The notes under the pieces: model-generated
Databases searched by the model: none
What the model saw: the letters and a program-made list of their open reading frames with translations, nothing else
What the model was told of the DNA's origin: nothing
Shown: positions 12,505 through 25,506 of the stretch, piece by piece
Position numbering within the stretch: the stretch's first letter is position 1
Layout of the letters: each line of letters begins with the position of its first letter
DNA from: Fistulifera solaris
Lineage: Eukaryota
Length of the DNA: 64,000 nt
Assembly (NCBI GenBank): GCA_030295235.1
Contig: AP026123.1
Location: 62,001 to 126,000 of the forward strand
Direction: 5' to 3'
Translations under genes and position numbers: made by a program

Positions 12505-15318
12505 TCACGAAGCACCCAGTTGCGGTATCCATGAAAACGTGTCGATGATGTCTCTTCCCTGTTCTTTGACAGCCCCATAATTTCCACTGAGCAAAAGGCC
12601 TCCTGATAAAGACAAGTCCACTGGGCAACTCAAGTCCTCCGACATTCGGCTTCGCTTTCGTTTTCCTCCATCCACTTTAACAGTGGAACTCATGTAGGAG
12701 AATGAAAGTTGTGTTGCGCCCGAAAGCTTCCCATTGCATGCAACGATCACTAGCACGGATTGACTGCGAGGGGGGATGTCATACGATCCATTCTCCGCCC
12801 CATGCGTTATCGCCATCCCATCTTGTGGAAGCTGGATGGACAATTGTATGGACACGTAATAATTTTCTGAGCCATTCAATGCCACAAACACGGCACATCC
12901 GTCACAATGAACACATGCCAGAACAGATTCAGGCGCCACGGAATAACATAGCTTGTTTCCGTTTGACAAAATTCGTCTATAGAATCCTTCCAAGGCAGGA
13001 ACATCCATATTGATCCTCGGTATCGAATCAATCACAACTGTTTCGCCACTATAACAAACTAATCTAAAGGGAAACTGCTGACCTTGCTGTCCAGCAAAGC
13101 AAGAGAAAGGAACGCAGCAGTACTGGTACGAATGTTCCAAAAACAATTCGATTGTCGTTTGTCGACGGATACCGACTATGGCACAATCAACAAAAATCCA
13201 TTCATCAGAATCGCAGACTCGTTTGTAGATGAGAAAACACGGATCTGTGTACCAGTATCGAGAAGTCGTGTTGGACCGCTTTTTGGGTTGTATAAGAGTT
13301 ATGTATGCAAGAGTCGATTCGGACGGATTCAGGTTGTAGATTCGTTCGGAAGTGGCCATCACATGATTTCTACCGACAAAAATGCCTTCACTTGAAACGT
13401 GGTGCCAACCCTGAATGAAAGCAAGCAACGAGTTTAGCGAATCAGGAGAATGATGATTTATCCTACCCTCGCGTCAACTTACTTTTCGTGATTTGGCTAC
13501 ATCCAGATGGTGAAATCGCAGGCACATATCTTCAAACGTCATGAAGAAAGTCCCATCGCCTTTTCGGTACGAATGATCACCAATCTTCTTCCGCAATGCG
13601 TGTGTCCATCGTTCACTGCCCGCACTAAAATCTCCTTTCCATTCCCGCTTTCCCCAAGGATTCCGAATTCGTACTAATCGAATCGTTTGACGCTGCTCTA
13701 GTACCTTGACAGACTTTTGTGGATTCTGACTAAAATAGTCGGTGACTTTGGACTGATCACCAACAATCATATCATCTAGTTGGATGACATCGAGAATACT
13801 ATACGCGTGTCCTCCGACAAGTCCATCGCCGCCCCGCGCTGTCGCCACGCCCATAAGAAAGCCTTCACGCTGATAGGTCATCAAAATGGGCCACAGATGC
13901 TCCGCAGCAAACAGTAAATGCGTCTCGGTAGGAGCTCCAGTCAGATCTTGCAATCCTTCCGCAATGAATCCTCCCGACAACTGAGCATAACACCCGTGCG
14001 CTTTCGCGTAAGCCTTTTCTACCAAAGCAGGCCACAATTGCCATTGGAATGCGGCACAAAAGGCGGGAAAGACGAACAGATCTTGTTTCAGCGACAGTCC
14101 ACCTTTTTCTGCCAGTTGTGGTAACGATCGCGTGTTGCGGGTAGAAATCTTTTCCAACACGACGGGTAAATGCGAGTCGACTATCACCGGAGTCCAATTC
14201 CCATCTAAACACAAATTGACTTGATAACACCCTACCGTATTGAGGTCTCGATGCGGCATAATGTTTTCAATCAAATACGATTTTTCTGCTACTGTAGCCA
14301 ATGCAGACAAGAACCAGCAGTTACCAACAGCCCCTTGTCGCACTTGACTGGGGTCAAACGCTGACTTAACCATACAGCAGGGTGTATTGGTGGAATCAAA
14401 TGAATGCCAGTGCAACAATGAATACCGCGTTTGGTATCCTCCAGCGCGACTGCCATCTGGATCCCATTGAAAAAATTACAGCTGGTGCGTTGCAACGGTG
14501 ATTTGGAACTTGCTGAGGAAGGAGTGGATGGTGTTTTCTTCGAAGACGGAGTGCTCGGTTGCGGTGGTGCAAGTTGTTTTTGATACGGATTTCTTATGAC
14601 TTTGTTGTTGGATAGGACTTGTCGCTGTTCTTCATCCTCCTTTTCTTGTGTAGATTGTTCTTCGTTTTCTTCGAGTTCCTTTTGCTCAATCGTAGATACA
14701 ACACGCGCTCTCCGCTTGCGTACCCCGATACGATTTTGACCGCATGTGAGATAGAAACGACCGTAATTCGGACCATCCTTTTGAACGACAGCCGCCGCTG
14801 CTGGAAGACCACATCGACAGCGAATCGTCGCAGCGTCGTTGGGTGTTCGAGAAGCCAGTCGTCTTCCATCAAGCGAAGTAGATGTTGGAGGAAAATCTGG
14901 ATCCACAAAAGATCCTCCCAATGAAGCGGCGGATTGCGAACATAGATGCCATTGTTCGGAAAGTATAACTTTTGTGTTTGTAGGAGTACTTGTGTCATGA
15001 GATTTCTCGTCTTTTTTCTCGAAAGAGGGCACGTGGATTGCTTTTGCGGGTCTCGGTGACTATTTTCTCCTCGTCAACCTTCTTAGCTTGAACTTTTTCC
15101 GTCGCAGAAAGGTAATGATCAATGGCTTGCTCTAAATTGCCTCGAAAGCGTCTTAGTAAAGCGAGAGCACGACTTTGGTCCGAGAAATTCATAATTGCCG
15201 CAAGTTGTGTGGCCTTTCCAATCATTTTGTCATCTTCAAAACTGTCTTTTGTGTGAGAGCTATTCTTTTCGTCTTCGCTTTCGTCGTCAACAATGACAAT
15301 CACTTGCGGTGATGTCAT
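12505..15318 (-). CDS. Calpain-family cysteine protease with UBA-like and GRF zinc-finger domains
   Basis: Catalytic triad QGAVGNCWFL / GHAYS / RNPWG; FVDPDFPP; CRCG...GPNYGRFYLTC...CNFF; GNLEQAIDHYL; intron 13411-13482; frameshifts near 15020 and 14470. Confidence 0.88.
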
Positions 15319-16078
15319 TTTTGTTTGTTTGCAAGCTGCGTTTCCCTAAATCAATCCGCGGCAATCTCCTTTTCATTGAAAGCAACTTTTACGAAGACGA
15401 AACCATCATAGCATGGTACTCCGGGGTAATTTATTGTTATGTTGGATAATAATGAAGGGCACGGAAATAATAACACACGTTGAAGGGCAGTGCAAAATTT
15501 GTTTAGACTACTCCGTGTGTTTTTTTCGATCCTATAATAGGTTTGATTGCGGAGAATTTCCGTCTGTGATTTCTGCTCTAGATTTTTAATAGTGCTTCTT
15601 CAGCTCGCGACTGGTTTTCTCAGTCATCAGTTGATCCAAAACTCTAGAGACACTACACTCTGCGTCACACTACAAAACTGTCTTACAGCCGTCTTCTTTC
15701 TCGTGTCACGTCTCACACTCACACGTCCGTCCTTTTGTAGTTTTATTGCAGACAAATTCTTTGGGGCGACGTGGCCCAGATCATGATGTCATGCTGTCAC
15801 TGCTGAACGCTGATTGGTCAATGGCATGAGGTAACGTGGAACGTGGAACGCGGATCTCCAATTCCGAATCCCCAATCGTACTTCTTTCAGTACCGAGTAC
15901 TACAACTTTACATATACTCGACGCATGGTGACGGACTCGATTATGGTGCCGCGAAATAGGAGCGTCTCGGTCGATGCCAATTGCCACCACATACTCACAT
16001 CATCTTTTGCGACAAATGATGATGTGTTGGATGATTTATCTTGAAAGAAAGCAACACACATTTTTCCTTACTTATGAA

Positions 16079-16840
16079 ATGGAACAACTAATCATTTCAC
16101 AACAACAGCAACGGCAGACGACTTACTTGCGATGTTCTCCTTCTTCTGCCTCTTCGAATCTCTGCAATAACAACTTGACCATGAAAAAGTCAGTTCGATT
16201 CCGACGATCCGAGCAACCAGTGGAAGCAGTCAAATGCATTTTAAAACGATGCGTCGCGCTCAAAGTTGTCAAAAAATCATCACACAAAAGCATGCAATTG
16301 ATCCAGAGAGCCCTGAAGCTTTAGTGCGTCAGTTAGTGGGTGTGAAACGACCTCATCCTACCACCGCATTATTTGTACGAGTTCCCCCCCAGTGAAGAGC
16401 GTTTGCAAGCTTTTACGAACGAAAAAGTCGATGCCGTCCGAAACAACAATGTCGAAACACTGCGTCGGATGCATCAACAGGGAGAAAGTCTTGATGCGTG
16501 CAGTAAGAACGGAGAAAGTTTGTTGCATTTGGCTTGTCGACGTGGGACTATAGAAACGGTGCAGTTTTTAGTCCAAGTCGTGCCGACCACCATTCAAGAT
16601 GAATTGGGACGTACTATTCTGCATGATGTGTGTTGGAGGCCTCGTCCTGATCCTGCTTTGTTCATGGTGGTGTTTCATGCGGTACCACGGTCCTTTCTTT
16701 TGACACCCGATGCTCGTGGGCATACATGTTTCGATTATTGTCGCAAGTCGGAATGGCCTCTTTGGAACGCCTATTTGCAAGAACATTTGCCACGTGAAGG
16801 GCACAATGAAAACGAGGATGGACCCGTTGATCCATTTTAA
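16079..16840 (+). CDS. Ankyrin-repeat protein
   Basis: GESLLHLACRRG, GRTILHDVCW, DARGHTCFDY; N-terminus uncertain, frame changes near 16300 and in the C7 run at 16384. Confidence 0.8.
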
Positions 16841-16918
16841 AGCTACTGCTAAACGGTTGCTAAGTCAAAACAATTAATGAAAAATAGAACACTTTGTTCT
16901 TGTCGCTACTTATTTCGT

Positions 16919-18952
16919 TTACTCATAGATCGGATAGAATGTCCCCATTCCTGGTTCACAAAATACACCCGGATCATTGTAACGACGATTGCGATTCAAT
17001 GCATTCAAGGCTTCCATATCCCAAACCGACAAGTAAAAAATCAAAGACAGCACGATTCTCCTTCATCCGTTCGGCGTTGCATGTTTTACTCAAAGGCAAT
17101 GTCTGACGCTGAATCGCCCATCGCAACAAGATTTGCGCTGGCGTCTTATTATGCTGTTGAGCAAGTTTCAAAACCACCGGATCGTTCATCAAGACATCTC
17201 CTTCCTCTGCCATGTTCAATTCCAGGTACGACGATGCTCCGAAGACAGAGAATGCGGTCACACGCAATCCTTGTTCGTGCGCAAATCGGATCAATTTCTC
17301 TTGACTGTTCTGGGGATGCAATTCGACTTGGAGTGTACTGGGACGGATGCGAGCAATCGAACAAATGTGACGCAACAATTGTGTAGAAAAGTTGCAGACA
17401 CCAATGGATCGGCACTTTCCGGCATCCACCAATGCTTCCATATCCTTCCACGTTTGACCAATATCATTTGCAATGGGCACCATCTTACCCTCCAAGTTAG
17501 TCCATTCCGGTGGATACTTGGCTTCAATCGGTACGAATTCCATCGAGATCGGAAAATGGATCAAGTATTCATCGAGATAATCCAATTGTAAATCCTCCAA
17601 TGATTTCTGACACGCCATTTCGACGTGTTGATGAAAGGTGTTCCACAACTTGCTCGTTACAAACAACTCGGAACGCGTCACCAATCCTTCGGCGATCGCG
17701 CGCGCGATTCCTTCTCCGACTTGCACTTCATTCCCATAATCACATGCGCAATCCAAACGACGGTATCCGGCACGGATAGCTTGATAACAAACTTCGGCGC
17801 ATTTATCTTTGGGAACTTTCCAAAACCCGAATACCAGTGGATCTGCGGGTATCAAGGAAGGACGAGCAATTTGATGCAACGGCGGACCCCAGATGCTGGC
17901 CAGCACGCGTCGCGGACCCACAAAAGGATTCCGACTGTGCATGACCAAGGAATTGTGCAATGCCATAATATCTCCCTTTTCCATGAATACATGACCCGAT
18001 GCTGTTGCATAAAAGCCCCAATATCTTCTAGTACAGGATGCGGCATAGGATCCATGTTCCCAAAGCGGAGTGCCTCCAATCGATTGTTGCGAGAATCTTG
18101 CCAACCGAGATAGGCCGCTACAATTGAATTGGCGAAAGCATACTGAAAGAGAAAGTCGGTAGTGACGAGCCGCAAAGCCGGAACCGCTTCCGTAGTGATA
18201 CGAACGGACCCATCGTCGAGCCATTGCCATGAACATCCATCAATTTTCGACAATCGCTCTTCAAGTTGTTGCGGTGTCTGAACATTCCATGTATTTTGAT
18301 AAGAACGTCCAATGGGTGAATTAGGATCATCTTTGGGTGGTAACGTTCGAATGTAACGAGCTCCGTGTGTTTGCAATTGTTCCATGAATTGGGGTGTTGC
18401 TCTTTCGCGTAGCGATACACCGCCGTACTGTCAATAATGGGCGTCTGACCTCCTTGACTGGGCGGAACATCGCAATAGAAGAAGATATATCGCGGAGGAT
18501 TGGGCGTTTGTGCGAGTTCATGATGAAAGGGAATCGGTTGCTCCGGTGGACTAAGAAGTGAAGGAGGAAAACAAGAAAACAGAATCAGGAACAGCGTCAG
18601 ACACTCGCTTAGGGGCCTTCTAAGAAACAACCGACGCACCTTTCATTTGCTGTAAAATGATATCCTTTCCAGCTGTCACAGGAATGACAGTCCTGGGAGC
18701 AGCTCCTCCAAAATAATGATAATGTTCGAGTTGTAAGTCGACGAGAAATGACCCAAAGTCTTCGACCGTCAACGGCTCTTCTCCTTCGTCGGACGCCGCT
18801 GAAATAATCAGAGCTTTGTGTTGATTCATCAATGCAACGAAACGATCCGGTGTCATTTCGGAGCGATTTATCGAAAAGGACGGAAAAGTACCATCATTAG
18901 GAGCCGTTGATGTTCCTTTTCCGTGAAGGATGCTTTGTAAGTGCAGTTTCAT
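16919..18952 (-). CDS. Fusion of TauD/clavaminate-synthase-like Fe(II)/2OG dioxygenase and aldo-keto reductase
   Basis: GGAAPR, IPFHHELAQ, FFYCDVPP..GGQTP, GDIMALHNSLVMHSR...PRRVLAS continuous in frame with AKR motifs LDCACDYGNE, TSKLWNT, LIHFP, IGVCNF and a YNDP..PIYE end; intron 18551-18639; several single-base frameshifts. Confidence 0.88.
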
Positions 18953-19710
18953 TGCGATAATTTAGAATTATGAGAGCAGGACGCGACAACGCGAAACAGA
19001 ACGACAGGAAGTGAAGGATAGGAAGCAAGAGTTCGCCTTTAGAAGGAGGTCCTGTGTATTGTTTCTCCGAAACGGATTTTGTTCGCAGTTTGCACCGTTT
19101 GTGATGCAATGCAGAATGCGTGCGGGTTTGCTAGTTGCGAGAGTTCACGAAGGTGTCACAAATATAACGGTAAATAACGCCATTCGGTACTATACAGCAA
19201 AAGTGTTAGTTTACAGACAACACGACTGCACATCAGTCATGAATCACATTTTTGAACATGATGATTCATTCCACATACACCACCTTTCATCCATCTTGCA
19301 CTCTGAACAAGCTCAATCCATTTGTTAGATACTGCACTTATCTTTAGTACGGAGTAACATTTTTAATCTTAGAATAGGATGAATCTCTGTGACGATAATG
19401 CTTGTGGTTCGTTTAACTCCGTATTTAGTATAGACCCAAAGTGTTGGCCGTTTTCGCCACGACTGCATTGCAGTCATGAAGCTGCTGTCATCAAATAATC
19501 ATCAATAGCATCAATAGCCACCTGCTACTATACTGTACGCTATACCAGGTACGTATAAGCTCTGCCTAAACTGAGTCACAACAGCGACTGACAACAATGA
19601 GAACAAACACATCATTGAAATTAATCAACCCGACGACCAACAAAAGGCTTCAAGATTTGTGTTTGTCTTTTCATCCTTTATTATAGCAACTTACTTCAAT
19701 TTCTTTACAA

Positions 19711-20397
19711 ATGATTCTCTCGTTGCGGATCACCAGTATTCTCGCTGCTCTTTTGGTCGGCACCCATCAAGCAACCGCGTATCAATCAATGATGGCAGTT
19801 CCTTCGACTTCTTTCTATCCCAAAAACACATCGTTGCATATGAAACGCGGTCGGGGAAGCTTAGGACGTGAAGTTTCAGGAAACAGTTCATCAAACTCCG
19901 CGAAAAACAAGGGGATGGGTAGTAAAGATTCCGGTTTCGCTTCTTTGAATAGCAATATACCTTCTCGATGGTGCACTGTACCCAAAGGACAAGCACTACC
20001 GACAGAAGAAAACAAAGTCACTTTATTGAACACCAACCTTCCGACATTGATTGACAAGGGCATCAATCCGACAGGTGCTGTCAGTGTCTTGAAATACAAC
20101 AACGACATGTACTGCTTTAGTGTCAACTGCCCTTGTTGCAAAATTCCTCTCACCAAGGCCACTGCCAGAGATAAGGATGTGTTGGAATGCAATTTCTGCA
20201 AATCGACCTATAGTTTAACGACCGGTCAGCGATTGGAAGAAAATAACAGTAACAAGGGTCTCTTTGGTGGTATTGTGCAGTCGGTATTGAGCAGCAGTCC
20301 CGACAACAAAGGTCCTTTGCAGTTGTATCAGTTGGGAGAAGATGCGAATGGAAAGTTGCTCATTGATCCGACGCCCGGGTCGGGTGCAAGTAAGTAA
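19711..20397 (+). CDS. Rieske-ferredoxin-like protein, likely plastid-targeted, with Cys-only ligand motifs
   Basis: Signal plus transit-like peptide; YCFSVNCPCCKIPL and LECNFCKSTYSLTTG follow Rieske box spacing. Confidence 0.7.
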   Translation: MILSLRITSILAALLVGTHQATAYQSMMAVPSTSFYPKNTSLHMKRGRGSLGREVSGNSSSNSAKNKGMGSKDSGFASLNSNIPSRWCTVPKGQALPTEENKVTLLNTNLPTLIDKGINPTGAVSVLKYNNDMYCFSVNCPCCKIPLTKATARDKDVLECNFCKSTYSLTTGQRLEENNSNKGLFGGIVQSVLSSSPDNKGPLQLYQLGEDANGKLLIDPTPGSGASK

Positions 20398-20501
20398 CCT
20401 AACATAGTAAGAACCGTAATTAATTAAAGTCAAGCGACAAAAAGAGTCATAAAGCTGTATTGACGTAACATATTCGCATTTTTATATAGATTGTCAAATC
20501 A

Positions 20502-21074
20502 TTACTCGGCAGAAGTATTAGGCTTGACCGAAGATGCATCCACAGGACTCAACAAGGTCGAAATCCAGTTCCCCAACGACAAACCCGCTTCTTTCGGTTT
20601 TCCCTTGACAGCAACTTCCACTGGATCATCCGGATACACTTTCAAGTTGAAACCAAATTCAAATTCGGCTTCAAAGCCGCGCAATTTGGGATATGTACGC
20701 ACAATGGCCGCTTTCAAATCATTTTCATTCGCATAAATAGCATCCGATACTTGACTTCCCCTCGGCACCGCAATGGCACCACAGGGCAACCAGGCCTTGT
20801 CGTCGGAACCAAATTGACGCACAAAGATGGAATATTCTTGGCCCGTCTTGGCCAATTCGTCGTAACGTTGACGTTCGGCTTCACGTTTGATTTGTCCTTC
20901 TGATTTGACTTTCGGTGCGGGCTTATCTCCAAAGCCTTTACTTTGTGCAAGTGATGTAGTAGTGACAGGGGCGGTTGGTGTGATAGTAAAGGCTGTTGTT
21001 GTCGTGCTTGACAAAAGCATGCAAGCGGCTGCCGAGAAAAGGAAAAACGAATGGGGTTGTTTCAAAAGATTCAT
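20502..21074 (-). CDS. HHL1-like plastid protein
   Basis: TTA-F bipartite presequence, KGFG motif, YSIFVR...WLPCGAIAVPR...AIYANE..L...YPKL...FEFGFNLK..PDDPV pattern recalled from cyanobacterial/algal HHL1-like proteins. Confidence 0.65.
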   Translation of the reverse strand: MNLLKQPHSFFLFSAAACMLLSSTTTTAFTITPTAPVTTTSLAQSKGFGDKPAPKVKSEGQIKREAERQRYDELAKTGQEYSIFVRQFGSDDKAWLPCGAIAVPRGSQVSDAIYANENDLKAAIVRTYPKLRGFEAEFEFGFNLKVYPDDPVEVAVKGKPKEAGLSLGNWISTLLSPVDASSVKPNTSAE

Positions 21075-21554
21075 TTCGAAAAGAGAGCCGGTTGCAGGAA
21101 GAAGATTTTAGATACGGAGTAGTAGAAGAATGTGATTAGAGGGAAAAGTAACACAACTCTTTATACTTTCATCCGCAAACTTCGTCAGCAGAGCAACGAA
21201 ATCATCATCACAAAAAACGCAACAGACATCATTCTCACTTTTTCGGTGTTTTGCCGCGATGATGCAGCCGACACGTCATGCCGTCCTCCCTATGTGAATA
21301 CACCGGAGCGACAGCAAGCCTACTCAAGAGACTAGAGTACTCCATCACTATACCATAAATAGAAGATTACTTTTTTGGACAACGACTCACTCAAATGTTT
21401 TCAGTCCCGGAAGTGGTCGAAGGCATTATTGTGCGCATTGCATTATTTGCTGCATGCCTCTTTTATACTGGTACGGTACGGTACGGTACATGCTTCTGCT
21501 ATCGTTCCTTCATCTTACGTGTATTCCTTTCTCGTTACAATTCCTTAATTAAGA

Positions 21555-22597
21555 ATGGCGTATTACGGAAATCCTCAATACGCAAGCAATGCCGGCGATG
21601 GCAACCAGTTTTACGGTCAAACAATTTACAACAATAGTACGACTTCTTCTCAACAACAACAACCCGCTTACAATGCACCTAGCTGGCAACCGACGCAACA
21701 GCAGCCATCTGCTTATCCTTCACAACCCATCGGTGCTTCTATCTTTAATCCATCTGTAGCGGGAGCTTTTGGTAATCAAGCCGTACAAAAAATGATGATG
21801 GATCAAGGACAAGCGTTTGTACTCGAAGGCATGGCCAAGATTGTGCCCGGTTTAGAAGTATCTATGATTACTTTGAGAGCTTATTTCGCAGTTGATAATC
21901 AGTATGTACTCAAAAAGATTAAGAAGGTTCTCTTTCCGTTCTTGTCGAGGACGTGGAGTCGGCAGGTAAGTGTTCATTAGCTTTCGAATGAATACGAGCT
22001 GTGTCTCACGCTCACGTCCTTTCTTTCTCTCTCACTTTCTTTCGACTCCCACATAACAATAAGGTCAAGCAATATGCTGGACCGGATACACCACCACTGT
22101 ACGAATTACCCACTATGGATGAGAATGCTCCCGATTTGTATTTGCCCTCCATGACGTTGATCACTTACGTTCTGTTGTGTGCGATTTGTTACGGTGGAGC
22201 CGGTCAATTCAGTCCGGAAGTCATTCCAGATGTCACCACCAAGTGCTTTCTCACGCAATTGCTCGAAGTACTCGCCATTCGCGTCGGATTTTATATGATG
22301 CAAGCTCCGGTGGCATTCTTGGATTTGTTCTCGTACACGGGCTACAAGTACTTGGGTTTGTGTGTCAATTTACTGGTGGGGATGATGGCCAGTCAATTAG
22401 AATACGGTACCAAAGCGTATTATGTCAGCTTTTGCTGGACGGCTACGGCAGCCGCGTACTTTATGCTCAAGACGATGGCCAACAATATTCCACTCGAAAC
22501 GAGTCGTTCGGGGCCCAAACGTGAACTGGTCGTTGTTGTGATTGCAGCAGCACAGCTTGCGACTATTTGGTTTGTCGGTCAAACAAAGTTTTTATAA
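21555..22597 (+). CDS. YIF1: YIF1/Hrf1 family ER-Golgi transport membrane protein
   Basis: YFAVDNQYVLKK, DENAPDLYLPSM, LDLFSYTGYKY, five TM helices; intron 21966-22063. Confidence 0.92.
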
Positions 22598-22670
22598 ATA
22601 ATAGTAGCAGTTATTTCAGTAAATTCGTTGTATTGTATTTGAAGCGCGCATCTCTAGCTCGTGTAATTCG

Positions 22671-25022
22671 CTACGAAGTGCGAGATATAACACTATTGAA
22701 CGCAGCCTGACTCAACGTCACTTTGTTTTCACTGTACTCTTGCAAGCGCTTCTTACCCTTCTTCTGTTTCTCCAACAGTTTCATTTTTCGTGTTTGATCG
22801 CCGCCACCGACGGTTTTGCCGGATTTGGTCAGAACGTCCTTTCGATAGGCTTTGACGCGTTCGCTAGCAATAATACGCCCAGCGGCTTTGGCTTGAATGA
22901 CAATAACAAACTGCTGGCGCGGTAATACCTCCTGGAGCTGCGGTTGAGGCATGAGTGTGTGTTGTGTGAGAATATGCAGCTGCTGTCATTCAATCGTCAC
23001 AGCCATCTATTTCTTACCTTTTTACAAACAGCTCGCCCTTCGCTTTGCATCGAATCGCGATGACAAACGAAAGAGAGAGGCTCGACTGCCTCACCATTAA
23101 GCATGATCTCGACCTTGTGCACGTCGGCCACGGCTAAACTATCGGGATTTAACGTGCTCGTATCCAAACTTCCATAGCCAGCCGTCAAGGTCTTGAGCTG
23201 GTCGTCGAAGTCAGTAACAACACCGGCCCAAGGGACTTTCGCCGTAAAAAGCCATTTTTCTTCGTCTAGAGGTTGTGTTTCAATCTCGGTTGCTCGCTTA
23301 CGAGTCAAGAGATCAAGAACCGGCCCTGTATCTTCATTTGCTCTAGCGATAATGCGAACATCCACAATTGGCTCCAATACTTTGAACTTTTGACTAAAAT
23401 CCGGCCACTCGGAAAGATCTTCCACAATTTGAGTATAAGGCTCCATATTTTTCCGATTCTTATCGGGCAGAAACTGAATCGTGTAAGGCACTTTGGGCGG
23501 CGTCACAAGAGCTTCAATTCCGAATTCATCTTTCAAGCGTTGCCGAAAAACGTCCGCGTGGAGCAGTCCTTGAAAACCAACACGAAGACCCGGCCCTAAA
23601 AAGGGACCTCCCGATTCACTGGTCTTCCCCATTGAGGATGTCTTTTGTACTTCTAAACCCGTGTCGTTCAAAGCAAGTCGGTCCACTGCATTACACAAAG
23701 CCTCGAAGCCGCCGTCGTCCGCTTGTTCGGGATGCACGGTGGCATACAGAACCGATTTGAAACTCGCTAAATCACTAGAAATTTGTGGCAGCACCATGTC
23801 TTTGTTGACATGACTGCTCCAGACAAGAATAGTCCCCGGAATCGCCTGTCTGGGATCTTTCAGTCCAAAACGCACGTATCCCATTTGTCCTCTGCGCAAT
23901 AATCCGGTACGCTTGCTGTGCGGGAGCAACATGCCAACTTCTTGGACAGGATATGACTGAGTATTCACCGTTTTCGATGTGGCTTCGTCTGCATCTGGGC
24001 TACCCGTCACCATTGATATCCGATCGCCTTCTTCAATTTTTCCTGCCCGTATTTGCACTAAACATTGTACCCCACCGCGAGAAACATCATACCAAGAATC
24101 CACCACCACGGCTCGCATAATCCCCGTTTCAGAATCATCTCCAACATCATCTTCAAGTAGCTGGGGGGAGGGACTTGTTCGCAAACAGCATCAAGTAATT
24201 CTCGGATCCCTTTTCGTTGCCGCGCACTTGTATAAAGAATCGAATCCGGATCAATACCTTTCAGCCATTCCGCTACCGTCAATGCCACATGAAGTGGCCT
24301 GGCACTTCCTAGATCTACTTTCGTCAACGCAACCAACAAGTGAGGGGGCTGTGGTAACGTCTGCACTTTTTCGTGAACACTCCAAGTTTGAGCTTGGATG
24401 CCCTGCGCAGCATCCAATAACAGCACAGCTCCTTGTACAAAATGCAGAGTCCGAGACACCTCTCGACCAAAATCGACGTGACCAGGTAAATCAAACATGT
24501 TGACTAAAAGTGTGCCCGTAGGACCGACTGCTGAAGGATGCCGATACAACATACTCGCCGTGGATGCTTTCACCGTTATACCTCGTTCCTTCTCTACCGA
24601 TAAAGTGTCTAACAACTCAATCCGCTCTTTGTTTTTTCGGTTCACTGTTGTACCTTTAATACCTTCTTCCTGATCGGCTTTCCAAGCTATTTCTTGGGCC
24701 TCAGTACCTAAATTGCCTGTCAATTCGAGAATTCTTGAACTCAATGACTGAATTGTTCCGAGGTGAATGAGTTACGTGAGTTAGTAAAGCGCTGACAATA
24801 CATGGCGATTAACTGTTCTCGTAGCCTTTAATTTCTTACGCTTTTTCCGTGATCTATGTGCGCAATAAAGCACCAATTGCGGACATCTTGCAAAGGTATT
24901 TGTTGCAGCAAGTCTTCATTCTCGAGAATCGACACTCGTGAGGAGAAAGAGCGAAAGTCTCTGAAGCAGACTCGAGTTGTTATTTGTACAGTAGAGAGCT
25001 GCAGGAATCTAATTCTAGGCAT
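22671..25022 (-). CDS. GUF1: Translation factor GUF1/LepA (EF-4), mitochondrial-type
   Basis: [60 protein letters not shown]; introns 24748-24839 and 22938-23017; frameshift near 24165. Confidence 0.93.
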
Positions 25023-25506
25023 TGTAGGTTGTATCCTGTTTATTGTTGCATAATTTTGCAGATAGTGTAACGTGAGGTAATGGATGATGGGGGCGAGCGA
25101 CGTCTGCCTCGCTTTCTCTCCTCAAGACAGTAAATAAATCGGCCTATGAGCCAACGCGTCTGTCGTTAATGCGTTTCTTATACAGACTTGCACTAGCATC
25201 AAAGTTTATACATCAAAGGCTTGATGTTTGTTATTCATTCCTTCAATAGCAGCACCTTGCACCTTCGCGTTGTGATGAAACAATGAAACCGCCGATGTCG
25301 CACTGCGGATCGCTTTCTTGAGCTGCGTGACCTGTCACCTGTCAACAACTTCTTTACAAAGTTAGTTCATAGGTGAGCGAAAAGTCATTCCATCCGCTCC
25401 GCACGCTGAGAAAGCTCAAATCACATATCGCAACAAGAATTAGTTCAGGGCAAAGCTATTCGATTTCTTCTCAATCTGGAGGAGTACTTGTAGTGTTTTC
25501 ACTCAA

